Sequence record: KP869111
Length of the DNA stretch: 64,000 bases
From: Escherichia coli O157 typing phage 13
Strand: one strand, 5' to 3'
In this document: in pieces, positions 21,157 through 30,255 of the stretch
Layout of the letters: every line of letters starts with the position of its first letter
How positions within the stretch are numbered: position 1 is the stretch's first letter
Program-made: the position numbers and the translations under genes
Notes under the pieces: model-generated
What the model saw: the letters and a program-made list of their open reading frames with translations, nothing else
Databases searched by the model: none
Told to the model about the DNA's origin: nothing

Positions 21157-21344
21157 TAATCCACAATCAGGAACAAAGTACGATAAACTTCAAAATTAGG
21201 GCCTTTTTCGTACTTATCAAAATTGTCCATAAAAATATTATAGGAATCGTTATTAGGAAAATCTAATACAATTTGGGAACAAGAGGTGGAAACGTCACCA
21301 CCATCTTTATTAGCGACAACTACTGTTTCTAAATAAGCTTTCAT
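21156..21344 (-). CDS. hypothetical small protein
   Basis: 62 aa ORF whose ATG overlaps the ligase stop (TAATG). Confidence 0.4.
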   Translation of the reverse strand: MKAYLETVVVANKDGGDVSTSCSQIVLDFPNNDSYNIFMDNFDKYEKGPNFEVYRTLFLIVD

Positions 21345-22837
21345 TATAAACCTGTCTGGGACCACGGTCCAAATACGTCTTCAAATGAATCCGCTTCTGT
21401 TTTATCAAAACGGAACCCTTTAATAATTGGAAGGAAAATACCTACAGTACCTTCACGGCCTTTAGAATGAACCCAACCATTACATTCGCAATCAGCAATA
21501 CGTCCAATCAATTTACCTTCACGAGCTTCAGCCATTAATCGTTCACGGTCTAAATCATGACGCTCATCTAAAGGAATAAGAACCTTTACACCATCAACTG
21601 TTTTATGAGTTGTATCTTTAAACCCTGAACCACAATCGGTTGTAATACGACGACAACGTGATACGAGTTCGACACCACCTAATTTGTTAGGGTCTTTAGA
21701 GTGTTCGTAGTATCCTACAACTTCTAAAGCGATATCAATAACTTCTTTAAATTTAATTAGGTTCTTAGAGCGTTTGTTTTCCCAATATGAATCACGGTTT
21801 TTAAGGATAATACCTTCAAGACCTTGGTCAACATATTTTTTATAAACCACTTTAGCTTCGTCAAGATTACGAACTAACTGATTTTCAATTGGCTCAATTC
21901 GCTTAAAGCCTTCAGCCATATTTTCAAGAGCAGCAAAACGAACATCGTATTTCTGACCTTTAATTTTGCCATCAGAATAGACTTCATCTAAAGGAACATA
22001 GTCCCAGGCTTGAAGAACCATACCTTCCGCTTCTTTAGGAGAAATAGTCCCTTGAAGAGATTTATTTGCTAAACCGTTTGAAGTGCTACGGTCTGCAACT
22101 TGTACTTCTTCAGATTCTTCATTATCGCCAAATAAGAACGACAGGTCATTTCCTGAGCTCACAGCCTTTTTAATATCAAATGAATGATAAACCAATTCAC
22201 CGTCGATTAAAACCCCATTAGGGTGTCTTTCACGGGCTTCTTTAGTCATTTCCATTAGTTCATCTGCTAATAGGGTAAGACCATGGTATTCATTACCAGC
22301 ACGAGAAAAGAATTGAACACCGTCATCACGAACTTCAGCGAAACAACGAGCACCATCTGCCTTTAATTGAGCAAATGCAGGCCATTTAATATTTTTAGTA
22401 ATCAATTTCTCGTCATATGCAGATGCTAACATCTGCGGTTGCAATTGAATAAGTCCAGGCCATACCTTATTCGCGATAGACACTGAAGCACCTACTTCAA
22501 GGTCTCGCATCATTACACGGCGTAGTACTTCAACATCATCAGGTTTACCGTCGGCGATATAACCCATGAGCTCTTTAATTGCTGCATTACCAGTGAGTTT
22601 ACGAGTGGCCAATGTGAACTCAATAAAATCCAACATGTCATCTAATTCAAGAAGGCCATACGCTTGAGACCTTTCACCTGGTCCTGGCCATTTCTTAATA
22701 TAATACTGAATGCCACGTGCATACGTTAAACGATATACACGTTCAAGTAATTTGTTGTCCTTATTTTTCTTAAGGATTTCCTGTTTTGTTTTAGTAGAAC
22801 CGATCGCAGCTATTTGGTTTAAAATATCTAAAATCAT
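21344..22837 (-). CDS. 30: ATP-dependent DNA ligase gp30
   Basis: 497 aa; KADGARC adenylation motif; T4 position. Confidence 0.95.
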   Translation of the reverse strand: MILDILNQIAAIGSTKTKQEILKKNKDNKLLERVYRLTYARGIQYYIKKWPGPGERSQAYGLLELDDMLDFIEFTLATRKLTGNAAIKELMGYIADGKPDDVEVLRRVMMRDLEVGASVSIANKVWPGLIQLQPQMLASAYDEKLITKNIKWPAFAQLKADGARCFAEVRDDGVQFFSRAGNEYHGLTLLADELMEMTKEARERHPNGVLIDGELVYHSFDIKKAVSSGNDLSFLFGDNEESEEVQVADRSTSNGLANKSLQGTISPKEAEGMVLQAWDYVPLDEVYSDGKIKGQKYDVRFAALENMAEGFKRIEPIENQLVRNLDEAKVVYKKYVDQGLEGIILKNRDSYWENKRSKNLIKFKEVIDIALEVVGYYEHSKDPNKLGGVELVSRCRRITTDCGSGFKDTTHKTVDGVKVLIPLDERHDLDRERLMAEAREGKLIGRIADCECNGWVHSKGREGTVGIFLPIIKGFRFDKTEADSFEDVFGPWSQTGL

Positions 22838-23103
22838 TTGATATCCTCGATTTTGGTTACGGTTCTATTATAAGCCACTTCATCTAGAAGCGATTTCAGC
22901 GTTTTCTGATAAGTGGTAATCCATTTACCGAGTCCTTCAACATAATATTCTGAAATGTAGATGAACCCTTGTTCAACACACTCTTTAAATATTTCTGCGT
23001 CTTTTACTGAACGAAACACCGGCCAGTCTCGAAAGAACATGTTAACATGACCGTAGTCACGTGTGGTGTTTTTGCCATCTGTAATATCATGAACTACAAA
23101 CAT
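22834..23103 (-). CDS. hypothetical protein (30.1-like position)
   Basis: 89 aa ORF overlapping ligase start by 4 nt. Confidence 0.5.
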   Translation of the reverse strand: MFVVHDITDGKNTTRDYGHVNMFFRDWPVFRSVKDAEIFKECVEQGFIYISEYYVEGLGKWITTYQKTLKSLLDEVAYNRTVTKIEDIK

Positions 23104-23112
23104 AATTAGCCC

Positions 23113-23928
23113 TTAACAATTTATAGACCAAGTCCATTTAGACGAATCTAAAGGAAAGTTTTGAATCGTCCACCATGGCTGCATATCGGTTGGTCCTGGA
23201 GTTCGCCAAGTATACGGATTCGACGGAGTGCCAATTTGATTAGGCCATGCACCTGGACTTGTTGCACCAGATTCTTTAAGCAAATCTGCCAATCGTTTTA
23301 AAAGGTCTTCACGATCTGAATCTGAATTATGCTCTGGCGGAACTAAACGAGATTCAATATCATCCCATGTGTGTACACGTTGTGCAGTGCGAGGAATATC
23401 ATCACGTTCACCACGAGCCAACCAATAAATCGGTACATTAAGAATTTCTGCCGCATGGTCACAGTGATGAGCTAAATCGTCAACGTAACAAATCACGTTA
23501 TACTTTGTTTTGGCTAGTTCGAATAATTGTTCTTTTGAAGAATCATGACCACACATCATTACTTCAGAGAAAGCGCCTGGGAACAAAGCATTCAAATTAA
23601 ATTGTCTATTCAATCGAGCATCAATTGAATCGCCTAGTGCCGTCACGGCTACAAAATTATAGTCTTCTTTTAGTTTATTGATAACTCGAAGAGCATCTGA
23701 ATAAGGCGCTAAGTAACGAATAAAATCAGAGCTATTATATTTTTCTATTAATTGTTTACCAAGGTTATCGTCGGTATTGAACAGTTTACCAGGAGAAATA
23801 AATTTTTCGTCCTGAATCATTTTTAAAATATGTTCTAATGGAAGATTATATTTTTGGGCAAAATAAGGAAGTCCAGATTGCCAACTTAAACATACACCAT
23901 CAATATCAGTCAAAATAGTAGGCTTCAT
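23113..23928 (-). CDS. HAD-superfamily hydrolase-like protein with Trp/Pro-rich C-terminal tail (30.2-like position)
   Basis: N-terminal LTDIDGV motif typical of HAD phosphatases; 271 aa. Confidence 0.55.
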   Translation of the reverse strand: MKPTILTDIDGVCLSWQSGLPYFAQKYNLPLEHILKMIQDEKFISPGKLFNTDDNLGKQLIEKYNSSDFIRYLAPYSDALRVINKLKEDYNFVAVTALGDSIDARLNRQFNLNALFPGAFSEVMMCGHDSSKEQLFELAKTKYNVICYVDDLAHHCDHAAEILNVPIYWLARGERDDIPRTAQRVHTWDDIESRLVPPEHNSDSDREDLLKRLADLLKESGATSPGAWPNQIGTPSNPYTWRTPGPTDMQPWWTIQNFPLDSSKWTWSINC

Positions 23929-24392
23929 AAAGAGTCTCTTAATAGGTTTAACACATCAATAAATTCAGCTTCAGTTAGTATTGTATCATCTTTTGTTAGG
24001 TGGCTAGCCATGCTGTGCTTCAAAATTTTTCCTTTAGAGGCTTGTAAGGCATCACGAAACCCCTTATTTTGGATCGCGGCTTCAAAATATGCATTTGTGT
24101 ATAATTCTTTCCACGCTTCGGAGTATCTTGAAAATGGAACTCCTAACCAGAAGAGAGTCCCACGGTCCTGAGCTCTTGCATAAGACCTTCCAGCTTGCTG
24201 TGCAGCCAATCCAGACAACCCAAATATACGTCTTTGTTGTTCAACATTTTTCACCTTACATCCTTGGAGAAATCCTTCAAGACCTCCGAATTGAATACCA
24301 TCCATAACAAAAGGCCATTGAGCAAAGTTACTTAATGCACATGACGGCCACTTGAAATTACTTCTTATTTCTAATTCAGACATCTTTAACAC
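23925..24392 (-). CDS. NADAR/YbiA-like (DUF1768) protein (30.3-like position)
   Basis: SNFAQWPFVMDG...GLEGF segment resembles the YbiA family signature; 155 aa. Confidence 0.7.
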   Translation of the reverse strand: MLKMSELEIRSNFKWPSCALSNFAQWPFVMDGIQFGGLEGFLQGCKVKNVEQQRRIFGLSGLAAQQAGRSYARAQDRGTLFWLGVPFSRYSEAWKELYTNAYFEAAIQNKGFRDALQASKGKILKHSMASHLTKDDTILTEAEFIDVLNLLRDSL

Positions 24393-24591
24393 TTATAATT
24401 TCAACATCAGCCCAATGGTCGTATCCGGGTATACGGTCTTCGATAGATAAATTTCCGTCATTTTTAGGTAGTTTAATCGATGTGATATACGGTTCTAAAT
24501 GGTCTTCTGTATGCGGAGAAACGTCTGTCACACGATAAGTAACTTCAACCATTTCCGTACCAAACAATTTCTGGATTAGTTTATTCAACAT
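24376..24591 (-). CDS. hypothetical protein
   Basis: 71 aa ORF; ATG overlaps the upstream gene stop. Confidence 0.45.
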   Translation of the reverse strand: MLNKLIQKLFGTEMVEVTYRVTDVSPHTEDHLEPYITSIKLPKNDGNLSIEDRIPGYDHWADVEIISVKDV

Positions 24592-24750
24592 GTTTCAACC
24601 CTTTAATAGGAGATAACTCTTTACCCATACGTATGTCAGAAGTCCCATCAACCCATTGAACAGCATACGCTTCATTGATAATTCCAGCGGCGGTTTTAAA
24701 TTCATGGAGAACTTTAAAAATCATCCCAGGGATTCCAACACCTTTTAATT
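24581..24750 (-). CDS. 3-prime fragment of a gene whose 5-prime part lies in the N-run
   Basis: open frame from the N-run to TAA at 24581-24583; GTTTAC promoter box just upstream of the N-run. Confidence 0.3.
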
Positions 24751-24884
24751 NNNNNNNNNNNNNNNNNNNNNNNNNNNNNNNNNNNNNNNNNNNNNNNNNN
24801 NNNNNNNNNNNNNNNNNNNNNNNNNNNNNNNNNNNNNNNNNNNNNNNNNNNNNNNNNNNNNNNNNNNNCGTCCTTGGATGTAAA

Positions 24885-25499
24885 CTACTTAACGAAATTA
24901 ATTTCTACCGGATGAACGACAGGTTGAGCAGTGATATATTGAGTAATTGCTTTCATGACTAGAGCTTCAGAACCAGGATTTTTCTCAACGAATTCACGTG
25001 CTTGGTTATGAGCTTCAAGTTCACTTAGTAAACCACTTCGTTGGCATCCACGGTCTTGAGTACCCTGTTCAGATAAAAAGACGACGATGTATTTTTCATC
25101 GTCATACGGTTTAGACGGTTGAGCAAATGTTCCTTTACTTCCGAAAGGAGAGTTATGACGCCACATATCGCCGTGAGGAGTTTCAACCTTCGTATATTCG
25201 TGCGGGCCATTTTTCTTAATTTCTTGATGTGGAACTTCATAGATCTTAGGGTTAGGACATTCAATAAAATGCTCATCTAAATCAGTCGAGAATATTAAAG
25301 TAAAACAATTACTGAATTTACCGACACCTGCCTGATAAATTTTACCTTCAGAAGTTCTAATTTCACAAACTGAGCCGGCATCAGTAACTTCTAAAACTTC
25401 AAAAGGCTCGATAAGGTCATATGAGAACATGTTTTTAAGGCGTGGAGTAATATCCCCATTTTTAAAATTCATTTTATAAAAAGTATTAACTTTAAACAT
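24885..25499 (-). CDS. hypothetical protein, 204 aa
   Basis: long ORF in the 30.x cluster; no motif recognised. Confidence 0.55.
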   Translation of the reverse strand: MFKVNTFYKMNFKNGDITPRLKNMFSYDLIEPFEVLEVTDAGSVCEIRTSEGKIYQAGVGKFSNCFTLIFSTDLDEHFIECPNPKIYEVPHQEIKKNGPHEYTKVETPHGDMWRHNSPFGSKGTFAQPSKPYDDEKYIVVFLSEQGTQDRGCQRSGLLSELEAHNQAREFVEKNPGSEALVMKAITQYITAQPVVHPVEINFVK

Positions 25500-25510
25500 A
25501 ATTTCCTCAG

Positions 25511-25528
25511 TGGGAGCCGAAGCTCCCA
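25511..25528 (-). terminator. hairpin TGGGAGCCGAAGCTCCCA
   Basis: 8-bp stem with UUCG loop on minus transcript. Confidence 0.55.
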
Positions 25529-25534
25529 GTTAAA

Positions 25535-25900
25535 TTAGATATCAAATTCATTAAGAACTACATCAAAGATTGCTTCAAGATGTTCAGGTTTAGCTCGATG
25601 ACTCAGGATATGACGAATCCAAGTTTTAACCAGAAGTTCACGATTATCACCATTCCAGCAAGGATGAGTACCTAAATCGCGCTGACGGAAATCATCATCT
25701 AATGCAATTTTAAAATTTGAACCTTCCATCGTGATTGAAACCGTGATGCCATTTTCAAATCGCATATAAACGTAATTAGGAGTCATGCACTGTTCGATTT
25801 CACAAACTGTACCGTTTTCGTGTTTCCATAAGCAAATAACTTCAGAAGAACCAGCGATACCGTTAGAAACATATTTACGTTCGAAGTTGATGTAGTTCAT
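25535..25900 (-). CDS. hypothetical protein, 121 aa
   Basis: ORF downstream of early promoter. Confidence 0.5.
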   Translation of the reverse strand: MNYINFERKYVSNGIAGSSEVICLWKHENGTVCEIEQCMTPNYVYMRFENGITVSITMEGSNFKIALDDDFRQRDLGTHPCWNGDNRELLVKTWIRHILSHRAKPEHLEAIFDVVLNEFDI

Positions 25901-25937
25901 TTTATTCTCCGGATGTTTAAGTTGTTTGTTGGTACAG

Positions 25938-25970
25938 GTCTATAATAACATAACCTGTACCAAAGTAAAC
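25938..25970 (-). promoter_or_regulatory. early-type promoter (GTTTAC box) with inverted repeat around the -10
   Basis: GTTTAC on minus strand; GGTACAGGT...ACCTGTACC palindrome flanks the TATAAT-like element. Confidence 0.5.
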
Positions 25971-25974
25971 TGTT

Positions 25975-26343
25975 TTATGCAACTTTAATCCAATTGTCTA
26001 AATTTAAAACACCTTTGGCTTTCATTTTTTCGATCAGGTTATCTGCTGTAATGCGTCCATTTTGATACCATGTAACATCTTCAGAGTAACCAGTTTCTTC
26101 GTCAACATATGTTTCTGAACGAATTTTACCGGTAATAATAGTTTTTAATTCGTATGTGTCACCTGTGAAAAAGTTTGCTAACACAATTTTCCAAGAGAAA
26201 TCATTTGAAGGACCTTCAGGGGTCATACAACTTACGAACTCAAATTGCTCTTTGTATAACATCCACTGGAATTCTTTAATTTCGATAGCTTTATAACCGT
26301 CGTGGTCTTTACATTTGATGTATGAGTTCAGATTGATTTTCAT
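25975..26343 (-). CDS. hypothetical protein, 122 aa
   Basis: ORF downstream of early promoter. Confidence 0.5.
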   Translation of the reverse strand: MKINLNSYIKCKDHDGYKAIEIKEFQWMLYKEQFEFVSCMTPEGPSNDFSWKIVLANFFTGDTYELKTIITGKIRSETYVDEETGYSEDVTWYQNGRITADNLIEKMKAKGVLNLDNWIKVA

Positions 26344-26380
26344 TTTATTCTCCGGTTGTTTTATTGATTAGGTGGTACAA

Positions 26381-26413
26381 GTCTATAGTAACACATCCTA
26401 CAGGAGAGTAAAC
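26381..26413 (-). promoter_or_regulatory. early-type promoter (GTTTAC box)
   Basis: GTTTAC, spacer, TACTATAG-type -10. Confidence 0.5.
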
Positions 26414-26449
26414 ATCTTTTTAATCTTTTTCTGCCCTAAACGCACAAAA

Positions 26450-26467
26450 GGGAGACCGAAGTCTCCC
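26450..26467 (-). terminator. hairpin GGGAGACCGAAGTCTCCC (identical 18-mer at four sites)
   Basis: perfect 7-bp stem, UUCG loop on minus transcript. Confidence 0.65.
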
Positions 26468-26472
26468 TAAAA

Positions 26473-26652
26473 TTATGCAACAACCTTTCCAAAACGAGAA
26501 GCATCATCTCGAAGAACTGCACGTGCTCTGCGCATGATCTTCTCAACTGTTTGATTAATACGAGAGTTCGACCCACGCTTGTATCCAGCGCGTTTAGAGG
26601 TACCATCAACTTTCTTTTCAACTGCTTTCTTTGCTTTAGCTTGTTTTGCCAT
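26473..26652 (-). CDS. small basic protein, 59 aa (MAKQAKAKKAVEKK...)
   Basis: ORF just below 60-aa cutoff with terminator hairpin directly downstream; preferred over the 61-aa ORF in another frame. Confidence 0.45.
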   Translation of the reverse strand: MAKQAKAKKAVEKKVDGTSKRAGYKRGSNSRINQTVEKIMRRARAVLRDDASRFGKVVA

Positions 26653-26920
26653 TATAAATTCTCTTTAAATGAAAATGCAGGACTTATTGACATTGCCTGC
26701 GCAAGCCCTCAAGGGGAACATAGGTTTTGGATATTTAACGACAGGATAACCATAAACCCGTCATCATACCAACCACGACTTAGACAGATAACCTTTTTCT
26801 GACGCGTGATAGTACAAAATACATTCAAGAGGTACACCGTAAAATTGTCGGGGCGGTACTTCTAAAACATACCGATTCGCAAATCGATAATCAGACAATT
26901 CGACGGCTCCTCGATTTAAC

Positions 26921-27169
26921 TTACTTCAGGGTAATAATAAAATGACGTACTGCTTTACGAGCTGCTGAAGCCAGAGGCTTAGCATATTTCAGTTCATCTT
27001 TTGCTTCCAGTTCAGCAGCCAGAGTAGCCTGAGCAGGATTCAGATGTTTGAAATATCGCAGGATTTCCAGTGCTTCGGCTTCAACATCAATTGAAGCGCC
27101 GTAGTTTTCGTGACCGTTATTCCATGCGTTGCGTTGCAGTTCAAGAGCGTGTTGTAATTGTTTAATCAT
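26921..27169 (-). CDS. rIII: rIII lysis-inhibition accessory protein
   Basis: 82 aa as in T4 rIII; located immediately upstream of gene 31. Confidence 0.75.
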   Translation of the reverse strand: MIKQLQHALELQRNAWNNGHENYGASIDVEAEALEILRYFKHLNPAQATLAAELEAKDELKYAKPLASAARKAVRHFIITLK

Positions 27170-27293
27170 TTTAAATTCTCAATTCGAGATAATATTTAGT
27201 AGCCACGTTCGTCTGAATTTCACCTTCTTTCGACAGGTCTCTCAGTTGTAGGCTACCGCTTAGAAGAGTGTTCTCTTCATATAGTTATTTATA

Positions 27294-27626
27294 TCACTTA
27301 TAAAGACACGGAATAGCTTTATAGTGGCATGTTACGAATTTCTGTTTAATTTCTTTAGGTTGTTTAAGTCCCAAAGCCACAAATGGATGTGGAACATTTC
27401 GAATTTGTCCAACTGGTAGTGGAGTCAAATCACCGACTTCAACAAAACCTTCAGGAACATCAGGACCTACAGAATGAACTACACATAGTTCAGGAACTTC
27501 ACCTTGAACACGTTTACCGATCACAAGTCCTGATTCGGTAACTTCTTCATCACCTGCTTGAGCGGGTTCAGAAACCAGAATGACATATTCACCAACAGCA
27601 CGAATTGGGAGTTGTACTTCAGACAT
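27294..27626 (-). CDS. 31: co-chaperonin gp31 (GroES analogue)
   Basis: 110 aa; matches T4 gp31. Confidence 0.9.
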   Translation of the reverse strand: MSEVQLPIRAVGEYVILVSEPAQAGDEEVTESGLVIGKRVQGEVPELCVVHSVGPDVPEGFVEVGDLTPLPVGQIRNVPHPFVALGLKQPKEIKQKFVTCHYKAIPCLYK

Positions 27627-27683
27627 CTTATTTCCTTGTTGTTTGACGATAGATTAATAATACCATACTATTCGTAAAGCATA

Positions 27684-27980
27684 TTACATAAGAAGCAAAC
27701 GTTCTACCGGAGTACCATCAACCGAAATTACTTTATCAAGGCGGAAAGAACGCCACTGGCCTAACTTGGTATCGAATGCTCGAACTGATTCACGAGGTTC
27801 AGAACGAACTTCTGTTGCCGGATTGTTATTTTCATATTTGACTTCAAGTTCATCACGCGAAGCAAACATAGTGCGTACCTCGCCGTTAGCCTTTTCAAAT
27901 ACAACACAATGAACGCCTACAGACAGAATAGTTTTAATACGTTCACGAAGAACCATAGTTTCTTGTTCAGTTAAAATCAT
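27684..27980 (-). CDS. hypothetical protein (31.1-like position)
   Basis: ORF between 31 and cd; start set at first ATG. Confidence 0.45.
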   Translation of the reverse strand: MILTEQETMVLRERIKTILSVGVHCVVFEKANGEVRTMFASRDELEVKYENNNPATEVRSEPRESVRAFDTKLGQWRSFRLDKVISVDGTPVERLLLM

Positions 27981-27981
27981 A

Positions 27982-28563
27982 TTATTCACCACAAAAGTTT
28001 CGGATTTGTTCCCAATTCAGAGAACGAAGATTATTACGAGAGTACTGAATTACTTCAATACCGGCTTGTTTTAGAATGTCTGCCCAATTTTCAGGAGATC
28101 TGTCATATAATTCTGCGTATACAACCTTTTTAATACCTGACTGTGTAATAGCTTTAGTGCAATCAGGACATGGAGAAAGTGTCGTATACAACGTAGCACC
28201 TTCAATAGAATTACCTTTACGAGCTGCAAACAAAATTGCATTCAGTTCCGCATGGATTTCGTTATTAGCGGACCATGCACTATGAGCAGCCCGATGTTCT
28301 TTAGCCAAAACAAAATTATCCACCCGTCCAAATGCTGTAGTGCCTTCTTTATGCCCAGCAACGATGACCGGGCTTGGTTTATTCTTCAACCAACCGTTTT
28401 CGGATGCATGTTCACAACAGTTAACACCACCGGCCGGGCTACCGTTATACCCAGTAGAGATAATGCGTCCATCTTTTTCAATGACGGCACCAACTTTCCA
28501 TGAACAACATTTTGATTCTTGAGAAATCAAATAAGCAATTTGAAGATATGTGCTAGCTTTCAT
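27982..28563 (-). CDS. cd: dCMP deaminase
   Basis: 193 aa; HAELNAI and PCPDC zinc-binding deaminase motifs. Confidence 0.95.
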   Translation of the reverse strand: MKASTYLQIAYLISQESKCCSWKVGAVIEKDGRIISTGYNGSPAGGVNCCEHASENGWLKNKPSPVIVAGHKEGTTAFGRVDNFVLAKEHRAAHSAWSANNEIHAELNAILFAARKGNSIEGATLYTTLSPCPDCTKAITQSGIKKVVYAELYDRSPENWADILKQAGIEVIQYSRNNLRSLNWEQIRNFCGE

Positions 28564-29555
28564 TATTGAACCTTATTAATATAAGTTAACAGCTCTTTAG
28601 TTTGTTCCCAACTGATGCACGCATCGGTAACGGAAACGCCATAGGACATATTATCAGAAATTTTTTGATTTCCTTCATGTAGGAATGATTCTATCATAAT
28701 TCCTTTGACCAAATCATTAGCTGCTAAATTTTTACCAATACCAATTTGATTGCTATAATGCCCATCAGCGTTTGCATGGCTACAGTCAACCATTACATAA
28801 TGATTCAGACCTACTGCCCTTGCTTTGTTAGAAGCTTCTTGAATATCAGAAGAATGATAGTTCGGGCCGTTGGTCCCGCCACGCAATACGATATGCGTAT
28901 TCTGATTACCTTCAGCTTCAACAATGCCTACAGTACCATCGACGTCCATACCCATATACCGATGAGGCCAGGCGGCACTATACATCGCGTCTGTAGCTAC
29001 TTTAATAGAACCATTGGTTGCGTTCTTGAAGCCTACGCACATCGGTAGACCTGAAGCAATTTCACGATGTGTCTGACTTTCAGTCGTACGGGCGCCAATA
29101 GCAACCCATGAGAAAATACCAGAAAGATACTTAATCGTGAATGGGTCTAATACTTCAGTTGCTAATGGAAGTCCCATACGTAGAAGTTTACGACACAATG
29201 TTCGTGCAACTATAAGACCGTGGTTCATATCAAAACTTCCGTCAAGATATGGATCATTTACAAGACCTTTCCAACCTACGGTAGTTCGAGGCTTTTCAAA
29301 ATAAACGCGCATCACTAACAGAACATTAGGAAGACGAGTTTGAAGTTCAGCCAGACGTTTGCCGTATTCAACAGCAGCAATAGGGTCATGAATTGAACAA
29401 GGACCTACAACAATAAGTTTGCGTGGGTCTTCACCGTTCATAATCGAATTAACTTGTTCGCGATGAGAAGCCACTTGTGATGCGTAAGCTTCCGACAAAG
29501 GAATAATCTCAGCCAGTTCTTTTGGAGAAATAAGTTTTCCGACGACAGGTAACAT
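28563..29555 (-). CDS. 3-deoxy-D-arabino-heptulosonate-7-phosphate (DAHP) synthase, class I-alpha (AroG/AroF/AroH-like)
   Basis: 330 aa; GPCSIHDP, KPRTTVGWKGL, GARTTESQ, DCSHANA, ESFLHEGNQ and TDACI motifs in AroG-like order. Confidence 0.9.
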   Translation of the reverse strand: MLPVVGKLISPKELAEIIPLSEAYASQVASHREQVNSIMNGEDPRKLIVVGPCSIHDPIAAVEYGKRLAELQTRLPNVLLVMRVYFEKPRTTVGWKGLVNDPYLDGSFDMNHGLIVARTLCRKLLRMGLPLATEVLDPFTIKYLSGIFSWVAIGARTTESQTHREIASGLPMCVGFKNATNGSIKVATDAMYSAAWPHRYMGMDVDGTVGIVEAEGNQNTHIVLRGGTNGPNYHSSDIQEASNKARAVGLNHYVMVDCSHANADGHYSNQIGIGKNLAANDLVKGIMIESFLHEGNQKISDNMSYGVSVTDACISWEQTKELLTYINKVQ

Positions 29556-29675
29556 AACAATCCTTAGGAGATATAAACAGATTCTGATTCAACAATACCT
29601 TTAACCGGATTAGACAGGCTAAGTTGGTAGTGCTCAGATTTATGACCATTCTCGATAGTAATGAGATAGCTCTCA

Positions 29676-29912
29676 TTATAGTGTTCCATATACTCGAGTT
29701 GCTTCAACAAGACCATCACTGCCTAATTTAAGATTAGTAATTTGGTCACCATCTTTAGGATTAACGATTATGAGAAAAGAACGTGGAGATTCTTGAATAA
29801 CTCGTAATGTTGCATCTTGGAAACGTTCAGACACTTTATTGATGAGTGCTTGAGCAAATTCTTTTACTTTAATCTGAAATTCGTGTACTGTAATTGGGTT
29901 TTCACTTAGCAT
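29676..29912 (-). CDS. hypothetical protein, 78 aa
   Basis: ORF downstream of early promoter. Confidence 0.45.
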   Translation of the reverse strand: MLSENPITVHEFQIKVKEFAQALINKVSERFQDATLRVIQESPRSFLIIVNPKDGDQITNLKLGSDGLVEATRVYGTL

Positions 29913-29937
29913 TTCTATTTCCTCATTTGTTGGTAGA

Positions 29938-29970
29938 GTTATAGTATCACAACTCCACCATGTTGTAAAC
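29938..29970 (-). promoter_or_regulatory. early-type promoter (GTTTAC box)
   Basis: GTTTAC, spacer, ATACTATA -10, followed by a GAGGAA Shine-Dalgarno. Confidence 0.5.
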
Positions 29971-29972
29971 CA

Positions 29973-30248
29973 TTAAATTGCTTTGCATTCAATTTTTTGT
30001 GTACCGAAATTGATATCACACTGGATAACTAAATCGCCGTCAAGATCAAATACCACTATGACGTGTGCAGACCCAGGGAGAAGAGTAATAGCAATAGAAT
30101 CTACTTGGTCTGGGAGCAAAGCATTGAGTACATGAGTTAGTTGAGCATGAACTCTGAGTTCGGCTGCATTATCAAGCACTTCAAACATATTATTAGCAAT
30201 AATCTGACTGAAGACTACCTTTACAATTTCAGAATAAGTTGGGAACAT
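29973..30248 (-). CDS. hypothetical protein, 91 aa
   Basis: ORF in the cd-pseT interval. Confidence 0.45.
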   Translation of the reverse strand: MFPTYSEIVKVVFSQIIANNMFEVLDNAAELRVHAQLTHVLNALLPDQVDSIAITLLPGSAHVIVVFDLDGDLVIQCDINFGTQKIECKAI

Positions 30249-30255
30249 AATTACC

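Noticed and set aside
26436-26621. 61-aa minus-strand ORF from the ORF track
   Set aside because: A different frame on the same strand (26473-26652) gives a basic protein with a proper start context and a terminator hairpin directly after its stop; the track ORF overlaps the hairpin.
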